A DNA stretch of 64,000 nucleotides, from NCBI GenBank assembly GCA_965645245.1, contig OZ287070.1, positions 2,418,001 to 2,482,000 of the forward strand, written 5' to 3'. A program made the translations under genes and the position numbers. Below the pieces are notes generated by a model. That model did not search any database. It was not told the origin of the DNA and saw only the letters and a list, made by a program, of their open reading frames with translations. This stretch comes from Massalongia carnosa. Taxonomy: Eukaryota. The first letter of the stretch is position 1. Each line of letters begins with the position of its first letter. Positions 1-18,826 of the stretch are shown here, piece after piece.

Positions 1-5218
<5,218 letters not shown>

Positions 5219-7102
5219 GTTAGGCTGGTTGGCTCCCTAATTGATTCCACCCGACCCCCCGGTGTGGAAACCTCCAATCCGGAAAGGGGGTACGGCTGAC
5301 CTAATGATGGTGGGTTATTTTGATGACGGAGGTGGCTGATTTCGGCGATGGGATCTACCTCAACTGGGACGTGGGATGATTACGGCGAATAATGGTTTCT
5401 GGGCTGACTGTAGGTCGGGATATTTCTCCCCGTGGCTCTGCTTGGCGCATCAAAAGCGGAGCAATTTTCACTGGCTGTCATTTGTACACTGGATACTATT
5501 CAATTCTCTGGATCTATCTACACTAGGGAGGGATATTAAAGGTTAACTGGCTGGGTTTCTGCTATCGAGCTCAAATTGCTTTCATCACCATCTCTCAGCA
5601 TTCTCGTCCTAGTTAGTTTTGCTTTATATTTCTAAAGGAGCACGAGCTAGCGCTCCATGTACCCAATTCTGCAATTCCACACGGTCTCCCCAACCTAACC
5701 ACCAGTTTCCGCTCCACGTCTTTCCTCGGAATGCTTTGCGATAACCCCAAAGAACTATCCCTCCTCTACGTGACGACGACCTCATAAGGTGACGCACCTC
5801 ATAAGCCATCAGGTTAAGCAAGCCCCCTTTTCCACCCAACGAACCTCAGCAGAAGCGAGGCGAGGGGACGCTGACTAGCTTTGCGGGGATACATAGACAC
5901 CTTCCCTTCTCCTGTTCGAGATACCGAGGTACTTTTACTCTGTGATTAGGGTTATGTTGCTCGCGTATGGATTATAGAGTTCCAGTATTGGATCTTGAGG
6001 GTTGGGTGGCATTTGGTTCATGCTTCCCTTGCCTCATTCCATTCTTGAATTCTTAATAAAGAACTTAATAAGCGCGAATTTCTATGAACCTCAGCCGCGT
6101 CGAGGCTATTCGAAGCTGACTTGAATCGAGAACACATAGGATGTGCAGATGGAATTTGTCCGTAAACGAGACGATTTTCATGATCTAGAATGAACGCGTA
6201 CGATCGTTTAAATACGGGGTATCGAATCCATGTTGTTACAGAACTGGTTACTCCGTATTCCGTATAAGTTACTGTAAGGATATTCTCCGCAAAATAAAAC
6301 AAAAAGATCTTTGGCGTTCGATGATAGGAGTGTCATTTCGTATGAAACAACGTAAAGATTGAATAATCAAATGATAAATTCATTGATACAGCGATCCGTA
6401 CTCGGTATAATTAGGAGCAGGTAACATATTCGGAGCATGGTTGCTCCGCTTGCCACATGGAAAGCAACCTTCACGGGAAGTTAGATGGGCCGTGGCACAC
6501 ATTTGCAGTCGGTCACGGCATCGATTATTTTACGCGTCGTGCTGTTGATGGCACCTTGGTGGTAGTTATTCGTTGATTCACATTATTTACTATGGAATCG
6601 CTGCTGCCTGCGAAGGCATTCCGCTTTCGAAAGGAAGATCCCCAATCCCGCTGGCTGCACGTCGCTCAAGCTATTTAGCGTATAACTTATCGGGTTCGGG
6701 GCAATTCCACGAGTCAATCAAGACTCGATCGATGTGGCGCCATGGAAGTGACCTAGGGATAACTGCCTATTCGCAGCTTTGTTTATCGAGAACTTGTACG
6801 TATCTCCGAAATCAGTGGCATGGAACAATGCATTAAGCTGTTCATGACACTTACACAATGTTAATCAGGCCGACCCTAGGCCATTGGTTGCACGGTGTGA
6901 AGGTGATTACTGAACTATGCGATGATTGATGAAGGATAACTCCATGTATGAGCAACCATATTTGCTTCGGACTTGGTTTTACTATACGCTATCCTTTGCT
7001 CGAGTATATATCATTTGGTTTTTTGCCAATATTCCTTGTTGCTATTCGTGTGGATATTGCTGTTGTTTTTCTTCAACTGGTTCAGGCGCACAACATACAA
7101 CA

Positions 7103-8982
7103 ATGTCTTCGAAGCTCACCAGCCTAAAAGATGCAGACGTCTCCCCTTCATCACCCACAGAAAGTAGAATGCACAATGGCGTCGATACCCCGTCAACCAT
7201 CCTAGAGGAAAAAGAACCTGTGGTGCTGCCGGAATGGAAGCCTTCTGCAAGGCTCTATGTGGCTTTCCTTACTCTGGCCGTCATCACCTTGATGGTCGCT
7301 CTCGACGGCACGTCATTATCAGTGGCATTACCCGTAGGTTCTTGAAAGCCATGCGTGGGTGAGTTCATGCTCTGATCTAGCTCCATGCAGATTGTCGCCC
7401 GAAAACTCAAGGGGACTGCCATCGAGGCTTTTTGGTCGGGCACATCCTTCCTACTTTGCTCAACCATCTTCCAACCAAGTTTTGCGTCTTTCTCCCACAT
7501 CTTCGGCCGTAAACCGATGATCTACACCGGCCTGGTTTTCTTTCTGGTCGGAGTGATCATCGCCGCCGTAGCCAAGGATTTTGCGACTCTACTGGTTGGC
7601 CGCTCGATCCAGGGCATTGGTGGTGGCGGGCTCATTGCTTTGACGGAGATTGTGGTAACGGACCTTGTTCCATTACGACTTAGGGGGCAATGGTTCGGAA
7701 TTATTAGCGGGATGTGGGCGATAGGATCAGTTTCTGGGCCCGTGATTGGTGGAGCCTTTGCGGAAAAGGTTTCTTGGGTGAGGATGATCCAGAAAGGCGG
7801 AGTTTTTGAGCGTCATGCTAATCTCAAATGGTGGCCTGCAGAGATGGATTTTTTGGATTAACTTGCCATTCGTTGGAATTGCTTTTGTGTTTGTCCCACT
7901 TTTCTTGAAGTTGAATTTCAAGCCCACGCGATTGAGAGAGCAGCTCAAACGAGTCGATTGGATCGGCTCCGTCATCTTTATTGGCTCGACAACAAGCTTT
8001 CTGATTCCCATCACTTGGGTAAGTTGATGAGTCCCTTAAATTGTTTAAACGTTAAATAATAGTCTAGGGTGGGGTTTCATACGCATGGGATTCGTGGCGA
8101 ACCCTGGTACCTCTTATAATCGGCCTCGTCGGCCTTGTAGGATTTGTTCTCTTTGAAGAGTACGTGGCGGTGGAGCCCTTGATCAGACTATCCGTCTTCA
8201 AGAACAGGTCCGCAGTGGTCAATTACACAGGGACCGTATTGCATGGCATGATTCTATGGGGGTTGCTGTACTATGAACCCCTATACTATGAAGGCGTCAA
8301 AGGCTATTCTCCGATTATAGCTGGGATCAGCATTTTCCCTGAAACCTTTACAGTGGCTCCGGTATCCGTGGTAACTGGGATTGTCGTGACCATTACAGGT
8401 AGGTATCGATGGGCACTATGGGCAGGCTGGGTCCTGAGTACCCTTGGAACTGGGGTCCTCTATTTGCTCGACGTCGACACCTCTGTGGTTTCTTGGATAT
8501 TTCTCAACCTCGCGGTGGGCGTTGGAATGGGGCTGTTATTTCCATCCATGGCGTTTGCCATCCAAGCCGCATCAACCAACGAAGACCTCGCTTTTGCCGT
8601 GGCCATGTTCTCGTTCTTCCGCGCGTTCGGCCAAGCGATTGGGGTCGCCATTGGCGGAACAGTCTTCCAAAACCAGCTGAAGAAGAAACTTCTGGAGTTT
8701 CCTGCGCTCGCCGCGAAGGCCGAGGAATATTCCCGAGACTCGTCCGGTCTGGTTCAAATCATCAAGGGCCTCCCCGCAGGTCTCGAAAAGACACAGCTGA
8801 TCCAGAGCTATGCCAATGCGCTGAAGGCCGTCTGGCTGGTGCTGTGTGGCTTGAGCGCTTTGGCGCTGATCCTGAGTTTATGGACCGAAGGGTTGGATTT
8901 AAATCGGCCTTTAGAGACAGAGCAGGGAGTTCGAGAGCACAAGGCTGCGGATGAAGAAAAGAGAGCTACGGACGGGAGATAA
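7103..8982 (+). CDS. MFS drug:H+ antiporter, 14-TMS DHA2-like family (multi-exon)
   Basis: ATG at 7103 (MSSKLTSL). Motifs LMVALDGTSLSVALP, SHIFGRKP, GRSIQGIGGGG, DLVPLRLRG, GPVIGGAF and WRWIFWINLPF, plus many hydrophobic helices. GT..AG introns near 7334, 7778 and 8019. Confidence 0.92.
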
Positions 8983-9590
8983 AAATCGCATATAATCATT
9001 CAGGGTGTTGATAGGTAGAGGTATGCTTCCATGGTGCACGGCGCTGGAGGCATGGTTTCCCGGAATCAAACGGCGCGCAGGCTTGGGATTGATTCACGCC
9101 ACTCCCAATGGTATTATATTGGCGCATTGTATGGTTTCGTAATGCATTCATTCTTCCATATAACACCCGAATACTCAAAAGCCTAAAACCATATATTTAA
9201 GATAAAAGATAGCTTTTGACACGCTGACCTGTATGCGCGTAACACTTGAATAAGCCACTTGGTTGAGAAGTAAAATAATTACGCGGATTGTACGCAGGCG
9301 ATCACTAATAGGTTGTGGCGCAGTTAAATATTCGCATGGCTAATTACGCCTCCCGATTATCTGAAGGCTGGTCTTATATCTTGCTTGCTCGGTCCACAAT
9401 GTCGGTGGCACGTTCAAAGATAATGAACGAGAAAAGACCTACTGAGGAGCGACGTTCGACAATTATTTCAAGAAATTCACTGTTGAGTTACGATCACAGA
9501 CCGTAGAACGCACTCTCAGTCATTACCGTTATTCGTTCCGCACTCCACCCAAAAGGCATAGTAATTCTTGAGCATCTAAAGTGAGCGAAG

Positions 9591-12500
9591 ATGGTGCGCA
9601 GTGGCTGAAATTTCCAAGGCAGAAGATATATAAACTGACATATAAACTGGACAGGCGGTCACCAAGCGCGCCGGCCGCAGAAAGGAGGATGGAAATGCCA
9701 AAGGACCCAGTGCAGGGGGGCGCCAGGCCCAAGTCAAAAAGGCGGTCTTCGAAACCTCTAAGAAGAAGGAAGTGGGTGTGTCTGATCTTACTTTAATCAG
9801 TAAAATTTCGAACGAGGCCATCAACGATAACTTGAAGAAGCGTTTCGAGAATGCGGAAATTTATGTATGTTGGGAATGCGTGGAGAAAACTAGAAAGGGC
9901 ATTGATATTTTATTGATTCAGACATACATCGGCCATGTTCTAGTCTCCGTCAACCCTTTCCGTGACTGTAAGTGGTTCTACAGCTCGTAGGACTCATCAG
10001 GTGGCTGATCAATATAGTGGGAATTTACACGGATCAGATACTAGATTCATACCGGGGAAAGAATCGGCTCGAGACACCTCCTCATGTCTTCGCGGTCGCA
10101 GAATCAGCGTATTATAATATGAACGCCTACAAAGAGAATCAGTGCGTCATTATTTCCGGAGAATCGGGTGCAGGGAAGACGGAAGCTGCGAAACGGATCA
10201 TGCAATATATCGCCAGCGTATCCGGGGGGAGTGATTCTTCCATTCAAGAAATCAAAGAAATGGTCTTAGCTACGAATCCTTTACTGGAGTCTTTTGGGAA
10301 CGCCAAAACCCTGAGGAACAATAACTCGTCGAGGTTCGGCAAATACCTTGAACTGCAATTCAATGGTCAAGGGGAACCGGTAGGAGCGAATATTACCAAC
10401 TACTTGCTTGAAAAGTCAAGAGTGGTGGGACAAATCGTTAACGAGCGGAATTTTCACATATTTTATCAGTTCACGAAGGCGGCATCGTCGCTCCATCGAG
10501 GTAGGCAGGTGGAATGTTTGATGGATTTTTCTGACATAAAACAGAAGTATTGGGTGTTCAACCGCCTCAGTCATACACCTACACTAGCCGATCAAAGTGC
10601 CTTGACGTTCCAGGCATGGATGATAGTGCGGATTTTCAGGATACCCTTAATGCCATGAAGGTTATCGGGTTGTCGCAGGCGGAACAAAATGACATTTTCC
10701 GGATGCTGTCGACTATCTTGTGGCTCGGAAATGTCTCTTTTAAGGAAGATGATACTGGCAATGCAGCGATTACCGACCAGTCTGTCGTCGACTTCGTGGC
10801 CTACCTGCTGGAGGTCGAGTCGGCTCAGGTGGACAAAGCGCTTACTCTGCGGCTAGTTGAAACAAGTCGTGGTGGACGAAGAGGATCCATTTACGAGGTA
10901 CCTCTGAACCCAGCCCAAGCGATGGCCGTGCGTGATGCCCTCTCCAAAGCAATATACTTTAATCTCTTCGACTGGATTGTTGGAAGAGTTAACGCGTCCC
11001 TCAAGGCTCGTGGAGCAATCGCGAACTCGGTGGGGATTTTAGATATTTATGGGTTTGAAATCTTCGACAAGAACAGCTTCGAACAGCTATGTATTAACTA
11101 CGTCAACGAGAAGTTGCAGCAAATTTTCATCCAGCTGACGTTGAAAACCGAACAAGAAGAATATGCCAGAGAGCAAATCCAATGGACGCCAATCAACTAC
11201 TTCGACAACAAGATCGTGTGCGAGCTGATTGAAGAGAAACGACCGCCTGGCGTATTTGCGGCCTTGAACGATGCCTGTGCCACTGCTCACGCCGACCCAA
11301 GCGCTGCAGATCAGACCTTTGTGCAGCGGTTGAACGCGTTATCATCAAACCCTCACTTTCAGCCGCGGCAGGGCCAGTTCATTATCAAACACTATGCCGG
11401 GGACGTCAGTTATGCGGTTGAGGGCATGACGGATAAGAATAAAGATCAACTGCTGAAAGACATTCTTAATCTCGTTGGCGAGAGCTCCAATTCTTTTGTA
11501 CATGCTTTATTTCCACACCAGGTCAACCAGGACGATAAGCGACGCCCACCAACGGCAGGGGATAAGATCAAGGCTTCAGCGAACGACCTGGTTGCCACCT
11601 TGATGAAGGCATCTCCATCATACATTAGAACCATTAAGCCCAACGACAACAAGTCACCTACCGAATACAACACCGGTAATGTCATGCATCAAATCAAGTA
11701 CCTCGGACTTCAGGAAAACGTGCGAATTCGACGAGCTGGCTTTGCTTACCGACAAACTTTCGACAAGTTCGTGGAGCGGTTCTACCTCCTCTCCCCCAAG
11801 ACCTCGTACGCGGGCACGTACACATGGTCAGGGGATCATCTCTCTGCAACAAAGCAGATTTTTAAAGATACCAGTATTCCCGTTGAGGAGTATCAGATGG
11901 GCGTCACAAAAGCATTCATCAAGACCCCAGAAACTCTGTTCGCGCTGGAGCACATGCGAGATCGGTATTGGCACAATATGGCCACAAGAATCCAGCGAGC
12001 ATGGAGAAACTATCTGCGGTATCGCATCGAATGTGCTATTCGAATCCAGAGATTCTGGCGTAAGATTCACGGAGGTGGAGAGTTTATTCAGTTGAGAGAC
12101 GAAGGCCATCGAGTCCTTCAAGGGCGAAAGGAGCGACGGAGGTATAGTTTGGTTGGATCGAGAAGATTCCTGGGCGATTACCTTGGGGTTGAGAACAAAG
12201 GAGGATTCGGAGAGGCGGTTAAAGATGCGATCAATCTTGCCAGTAAGTTTTCCATGGGCTCTGGATATCAAATTCTCATAGGTTAGGTCATGAGCGCGTC
12301 TTGTTTTCTTGCCGATGTGAGCTGCTTGTTACAAAGTTTGGGAGATCCAGCAAACCAAGTCCCCGTATCTTGGTTCTTGTAAGTAAGAAGATTTCCGGCG
12401 TTGGTGCGATGCTAACCTATAAAAGACCACGAAGAACGTATACATTGTTGTCCAGGCCATGGTCAACCGGCAGATAGCCATATCATCAGAACGAACAATA

Positions 12501-13969
12501 CCTACCGGTGCCATTAAGTTTGTTGGGACGTCGATGCTCAAGGATGACTGGTTCTCTCTGGGCGTGAGCTCACCGCAAGAGCCTGATCCGTTGATAAATT
12601 GCATTTTCAAAACGGAGTTTTTCACCCACCTCAAATCTGCCACACCTGGTGGGCTGAATCTTAAGATCGCAGATTCGTACGTTGCTCTGTTATATTTTTA
12701 TAAGTGTTATCTAATTGGTGATAGGATCGAATACAACAAGAAACCAGGAAAGCCGGCAACGATCAAAGTGATCAAAGACCCGAATGTCCCCAGGGATGAT
12801 ATCTACAAAAGCGGCACAATCCATACTGATCCAGGAGAGCCTCCAAACTCGCAATCGCGACCAACGCCCAAAGGAAAACGAGTCGCTGGAAAGCCCATTA
12901 CTCAAGGCAAGCTATTGCGCCCTGGCGGTCCTGGTGGTGGTCCCTCGAAATTGGCGTCACGTCCTGCAAGTTCTCGACCAGCGCCACAGCCGATGCGAGA
13001 GTCGGTTTCTCACTCTACACCGCAGGCATATTCTCAGCAGCCACAATTGCAATCACGGCCAACTTCATCCCAGGCTCGCCCAATTCCTTCTCCCCAACCT
13101 TTGCAGCAACGACAAACACCACAATCCAGACCCATTCCCCAACCTGTCTCCCTTCTGAATGGGACAGCTCACAGCCGAAACCCATCCTCTTCATCCGTCA
13201 CTCGAGGGCCCCCTCCACCACCACCTTCCACGCCACCTGCCGTGAAGAAAGACACCTACAAAGCCCTTTATGCGTTTGCAGGTCAGAGCGAAAACGAGTT
13301 ATCGTTGGAAAAAGACGAGATTATCGAAATCTTGCAGAAAGATGGCAATGGTATGTTTTTTTTTACATCTCTCAAACTTTACAAGCTTCTCGTGTATCGT
13401 TGTCTTCAAATTAAACTTCTCATGCTCTCTATCCTTTAAATGAAAATTCTCACCCGAACGTCCACCCTGCACTGACTAACCTACCTTCCTCAGGCTGGTG
13501 GCTCGGCAAAAAACTCGATGGATCCTCCCAAGCCTGGACCCCCTCGGCCTACTTGACCGAATGCTCCTCTCTTCCCCCTCCTCCGCCACATCCACCCGTT
13601 GCCGCCCGCCCGATCCCCCACCCACCATTCGCTTCCACAACATCCACCTCCACCGTCAACGACACCCACCACCCCTCCCAACTCAACGGCACAACAGCAG
13701 CACCGCCACCCGCTAAACACGCCAAACCCAACCCCCCGGCTCCTCCCGCCAAGCGCCCCGCCGCGAAGAAACTCCCTCTCCCCGCCCCCGCGCCGCGCGA
13801 CAGCGCCGTCAGCATGAGCAGCGAGGGCGGCGGAAGCAGTGGGCGGGCCACGCCGAGTGGGGACGCGGGCGGCGGGAAGAGTCTCGCGGGTGGGCTGGCG
13901 GAGGCGCTGAGGGCGCGGCAGGCCAGCATGCAGGGGAGGGGGAAGGGAGGGGGGGATGATGACTGGTAG
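9591..13969 (+). CDS. MYO1: Class I myosin (motor, IQ, TH1, Pro-rich TH2, SH3, acidic DDDW tail)
   Basis: P-loop [17 protein letters not shown]...[10 protein letters not shown], switch II DIYGFE and IQ motifs ([15 protein letters not shown]). The SH3 domain (YKALYAFAG...GNG|WWLGKK) is split by an intron, and the protein ends GGDDDW as fungal type I myosins do. Start inferred as ATG 9591-9593 followed by intron 9594-9654. Confidence 0.96.
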
Positions 13970-15110
13970 GGGTTTCTTTTTTTCCTTTTTTTTTGGCGGC
14001 AGGGAGCGGGATAGGTTTTTTTGAAAGGTGTTGTATGGATGGATGAGGAGGGAGTAGTAGCTAACTAGCAGGCCGGCTAGCAGGGAAGGAAGCAAACCAA
14101 ATACTTGAGCAATCAAACCAAATCGAATGATAGAAACCTTGCTTACTGCTGTTTATATACTATTTTCTTCTTCTTCTTCTTCTTCTCCTTTTCCTTAATC
14201 CTCCATCTTTCGGATCTTTTCTCATATAATCCAATCCCCCCATACCAAACCAACCCATTTTCTTCATCAGTCATCAACTCATCCTTTTAATACATCCTTC
14301 TTGCTCATATCTAATTATTCCTCCTTCTCGCTTAATTCAATTCAATCCACTTCAGTTCACCTCACCTCACTTCATCTTATCTCATCTCAAATTCAGCCAA
14401 ATCTAACACTGAATTCCTCCTCCTTTTTTCTCGTTTTCTTTCTTTCTCTCTCATAATCAAAAAAATGTAAGATCTAGAAGAAGAAGATATTTAAATAAAA
14501 ATATAAAATATAAAATAAACTACGGAGGAAGTCGACCATGACGACGACGACGACGACGACGACGATTTGTGTTATTTTACTTACTTGTCTACTTACTTGC
14601 TGGCTAGCTGACTAGCTGACTGGCTGACTGACTGATTAATTGACTGATTGACTGGCTATCTAGTTGACAGGAAAGGATAAACTACGTGACGCTAACAGAG
14701 AGAGAGAGAGATCTACCAAATCTATCAAGCTACCTACCAAAATCTAGATAAATAACTAAATAATCAATCAACCCAACCCAACCCAACCAACCAACCAGCC
14801 AACCAGACAATAGAACAAAAACAACAAAAAACCGAAGAAGGTAAACAAACAACGCCAGATCGAATCAACCAATCGGGACGTATACTTAAAATCTATCGGG
14901 AACGGGCGTATTAGATATCTAGACTAGATCATTAGGTAGATACATAGATAGCGGATCTACACACGTGTGTCTAGATAAAGTATGTAAGTAACTTCACTCA
15001 GATCGGTAAGACTTCAAAGTAGCGATGATAAATTATAGGCATGTAGATTATGTAGATTATTATGTAGATAAAGTAAGATGCAGATTAGAGTAAAAAAACC
15101 ACTCCCTTGT
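13970..15110. repeat. Simple-sequence/low-complexity island between convergent genes
   Basis: (TTC)n at ~14165, (GAC)n at ~14540, (CTGA/CTGG)n at ~14600-14655, (AG)n at ~14696, (CCAA)n at ~14770 and AT-rich stretches. Confidence 0.85.
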
Positions 15111-15695
15111 TCCATCCATATTGAAGAACGCATTCCTCTACGACGCGGTGCATGCACCCAGATCCTCAAGCGCCAGGAATCCTGTACGTAGACTCCACAC
15201 GTTCGAGCCGACGTTCTCTCTCTTTAACCGTTTGGCCTCGATGAAGGAAAGACTGGCCGTGATCGAGGGCAGATCGTGGTGTCGTGTAAATGAAGGTGTG
15301 GAAGTGTGGCCATCCATTCCGAATGAAATGGGCTTTGTATGTCTTCGAAGTGGTGAATGGTCGGTAGAGACGTTGATCATTCAAAACGGCCATCAAAGTG
15401 GGCTTCCGCGTTGGCGATGATCGGATATTGGCCAACCTCCGAGGAGGTGTTGGTTGGTTGATAGCCTGCACCACGGAGAGGTTTCTGACCTAGCAGGCCA
15501 CTCACTCAATCAATCACTTAATCCAAAATAAAAATTCCCGTCATCATAGTCATAATCATAATCATAATTCATTCCTATCATTCCCATTATTTGCATTCTC
15601 GTGGTTTTCGTTTCCACAACCCATAATCGATAAACCACCCTCCCCCTCTCACACACCAGTGTCATCGACGTGATCTAGGTAGCATACATGAAACA

Positions 15696-17973
15696 TCATG
15701 CCGCGTTCCTCCCCACTCCACTGCCACCGCCGCCGCCGCCGCCGCCGCCGCCACCGCCACCGCCACCTTCCGGTCCGCGCCGGCTGACGCCCTTGCCCTT
15801 CCCTTCGGTCTCGACCTCGGCCTGCACGCCCCCAAGACTCGCCATGTATGCGTCGTACGTCGTGCTGCCGCTCGAGGTCGACGTTGACGGCGACGGCGCG
15901 CCGCCCTCCGCGGGGGCAGTCGTCGAGTCGAGCCGGGGGAGCGGGGGCAAGCGCACGTGCAGTTCGGACGTGGTGGGTTTGGCCGGAAGGGAGCGGAGTA
16001 GGAAGGACGAGGAGTCGAGCGAGTCGACGGCAAAGGACAGGAAGTCGGCGGACTTGGCGCTGACGCACAGCGTCCAGCGGTACTCGGCCAGGCGGGTACG
16101 GTAAAAGTCCGCTTCCTCCTGGCCCGGGGCCGTGGCGAGCAGGAGGCTGCCGAAGGTGGCGATCAGGGCGAAGTTGACTTTGGACGGAAAGTACCAGAAG
16201 GAGGCGAGGTGTTCGGGCCGGAGCCGGTTGACAAAGTCCATGGCGGAGATGAGGCGCGTTTTGGCGGCCGAACGGCAGACGTGCGAGAGGTAGGTGTCGG
16301 AATCGGTGGCGTTGAGCGAGCGGATTATGCAGCGATGGAGCGTGATTTCCGTGGCGAAGTAGGCGAGGTGGAGGTGGCCTGGGGTGTGCCATCAGCGCTG
16401 AGCGGTTTTTTCAGTGGATTGGGGGAGGGGGAGGGGGGAGAGGGAGAGGGAGAGGGGGAGGAGGAATTTACCGGTGGAGGATGGCTTGCCGGTGGGATGG
16501 TTGTCCATTTTCAGGCCGGTCGGTAGCTGTGTGAACCACTCCTTCAGCCGGATTTGCACCGGCTTGGCCTTTTCGAGAATCAGCCGCGTCCCGTTGGGGC
16601 CGGCGTTGTCGACTTGTTGCATGGATTCCAACGTGTAGAACGTGTCCAGAACCGTCGACAATATCTCCGTCAACGCGACCAACTGCACAAACGAATCCTG
16701 TCCGCGCTTCATCTCGTCGATCGTCAGGTCATCGGGGTTCCCGGCCGAGTCCGGAAAACGCTCGTTCGAGGCGAACCCCGGGACGGCCCAATGAGCCCGG
16801 GAGATCAACGAAGGCCGTCCGTGGATCAAGCAGCACCATTTGTCTTGCACGTAGAGGGCCCACGCCAAGCGTTTCCGCAGACCGCGTTCGTCGTCGGATA
16901 GCTTCCACGCCGAGCAGTCCAGGTGAAGGCCCAAATCGTAGGCGATCCCGACGAGCTGGGTGTTCAGCACGCTCGAATCCACGTGGGGGCTTTGAATGAG
17001 CAGCACGCCCGCCTGCACGGTGGCCAGCGTCGGCTTGACGCTGGAAATCCCATGCAGCCGGAACGCGATGTCTTCCAACTGGTCCGTATCCAGCGATGGC
17101 GACGACGACGACGACGACGACGACGCCGACCCCGACGCCGATTCGTGCCCCTCACCCACCAATGCAGCGACGAGATAGACGGCCGCCAGGAGGCCCGGAT
17201 CCAGGCTAGCTCTCTGCCGGCTTTCGTAGATCTGGAAAAATCCTTCCTCGACGACGGGAAAGTAGCGGTTGATGGTGTTTCGATACGACCGGATCAGGGC
17301 CGGGCCCACGGCGCCGACCATGCTTTCAACTTCGCCGAGCGCGCCCGTCACGAAATCGTCTCCCGGGTCTGGGTCCGCGTCTCGAAGCAAAAACGCATTC
17401 CGCTCGTCGGGCTTTCGGTAGCGATTCTCGAGCGAAAGACCTCCCGTCACCTGGGACATATCGAACAACATCGGTTCCAACTCTGTAGTATACCCAATGT
17501 GAGTCCCGTAATGCGGTGGATTGGACCAAGCCATTTCGGCGGGGGATTTGGCGGTTCGGTTACCTTCAACCCCCAGTTTGGATGACTCATGTTCCCGCTT
17601 GATGCTCGGCGTTCGGTCTCCTGTCCCTTCGGATTGCGACTCCGACACCACCGACCTGACAACGGTGAGCCCGTGACGGAACCCCCCCCCCCCGGAGTGC
17701 TCACCTGCGCTTGGACAGATCCACTTCCTTTCCATCGCCTTCCAACCGTCTCTTCCTCGGCTGCGGGTCTTCGATGTAGGTACATTCTTGCCCATGCACG
17801 TTGCAGGCGGCGCACACGTTTTTCTGGCCCTCCAGGGTGACGCACTTGCTCTTCCGTTTTCGACAGGCATCGCACGGGCGTTCCCTGCGTCCTCGGATCA
17901 CTTTCGGGTCCTTCCCGGACTGGGCCGGCTTCGCTTTCAAGGGCAAGACCATGGGCGAGTTTGATGAAGCCAT
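15696..17973 (-). CDS. Zn(II)2Cys6 transcription factor, Dal81/TamA-like
   Basis: Binuclear cluster RPCDACRKRKSKC...CAAC...C and a fungal TF middle region (ERGLRKRLAWALYVQDKW...HGRP). C-terminal HLAYFATEITLHRCIIR and FWYFPSKVNFALIATFGSLL...RLAEYRWTL resemble Dal81/TamA proteins as I recall them. Introns ~17657-17704 and ~16380-16471. Poly-S and poly-G tracts come from trinucleotide repeats. Start ATG 17973 is inferred; upstream in-frame ATGs exist. Confidence 0.9.
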
Positions 17974-18782
17974 GGAGAGGGACACTCCAGCGGGCAGAAG
18001 CACCTGATGATATGCCACAACGGCGGCCATCCTGGCTGATGATATAGCAAATCGGACCTGGGATGTTCTGAAGCTTTGGAAACAAGCGAAATGGCCGGCG
18101 CGACAGTGATGCCGCGTACGATCGCTGAAATGTTCCGAATCCGGTGCTGTTGACCGATCAGCCACCGTTCGGGGAAGCCCACATCAACGATGCGCGAGGA
18201 CAGCATACCTTTGCGCTACGTTGGGTTGGATTGATGATGCGATGTTTCCACGCTGTAGGCGGGAAAACGCCTCGTCTACGGTTCGGCGAAGTTCGAGCAC
18301 GATGATGGAAATTTGTGGCCCGAGTGGCCCAACAGTCCTTTCACCACTTGGACGAGGCTGCCCAACACGGACACGGTCACAACTGGGTGGTCGGCGCGGT
18401 TGCCAAACCTCGACGTTTGCAGGGCTTCACCGGCGCCAAGACGATCTGCTTTGGGGCTTCACGGTTCTGCACCGTACGCGAGGCCGGAGCGAACTGCGAT
18501 CAACCGAGACGATTTGAGTTTTGCGGTTGGGGGGACGAGGTGGTAAAGAATCATCTCGCGAGCCAGGACCGACATATTAATGGCCCTGGCGGCGCGTTGA
18601 AGCGGTGACATGTCGGTGAGATGGCGAGAGTTTGTAAACGTAAGGAAAACGATTAACTAGCTAGATTTGAGTCGTGGGGCATCAGGGCCAGCGCCAGGGG
18701 TCCCAAAAAAAAAGGGGGGGGGGGGTATGGTTGTGCCTGAAGGAGACGAACTCGACGAGTGGGATGCCATTTCCAACGATGG

Positions 18783-18826
18783 GGTCTGGATGGTCTGGAT
18801 GGTCTGAATGGTCTGGATGGTCTGAT
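18783..18826. repeat. 9-bp tandem repeat (GGTCTGGAT) x ~5
   Basis: ggtctggat ggtctggat ggtctgaat ggtctggat ggtctgat read directly. Confidence 0.9.

Noticed and set aside
6234..6426. TGTTAC...GTAACA bounded 193-bp segment as a possible solo LTR
   Set aside because: Flanks CATGT and TATTC do not form a target-site duplication.
15649..18608. Numerous long overlapping or antisense ORFs around the Zn2Cys6 gene (and similarly at 13490-14116 and 26785-27562)
   Set aside because: Shadow frames of GC-rich coding and low-complexity sequence; Arg/Pro/Gly-rich translations without motifs.
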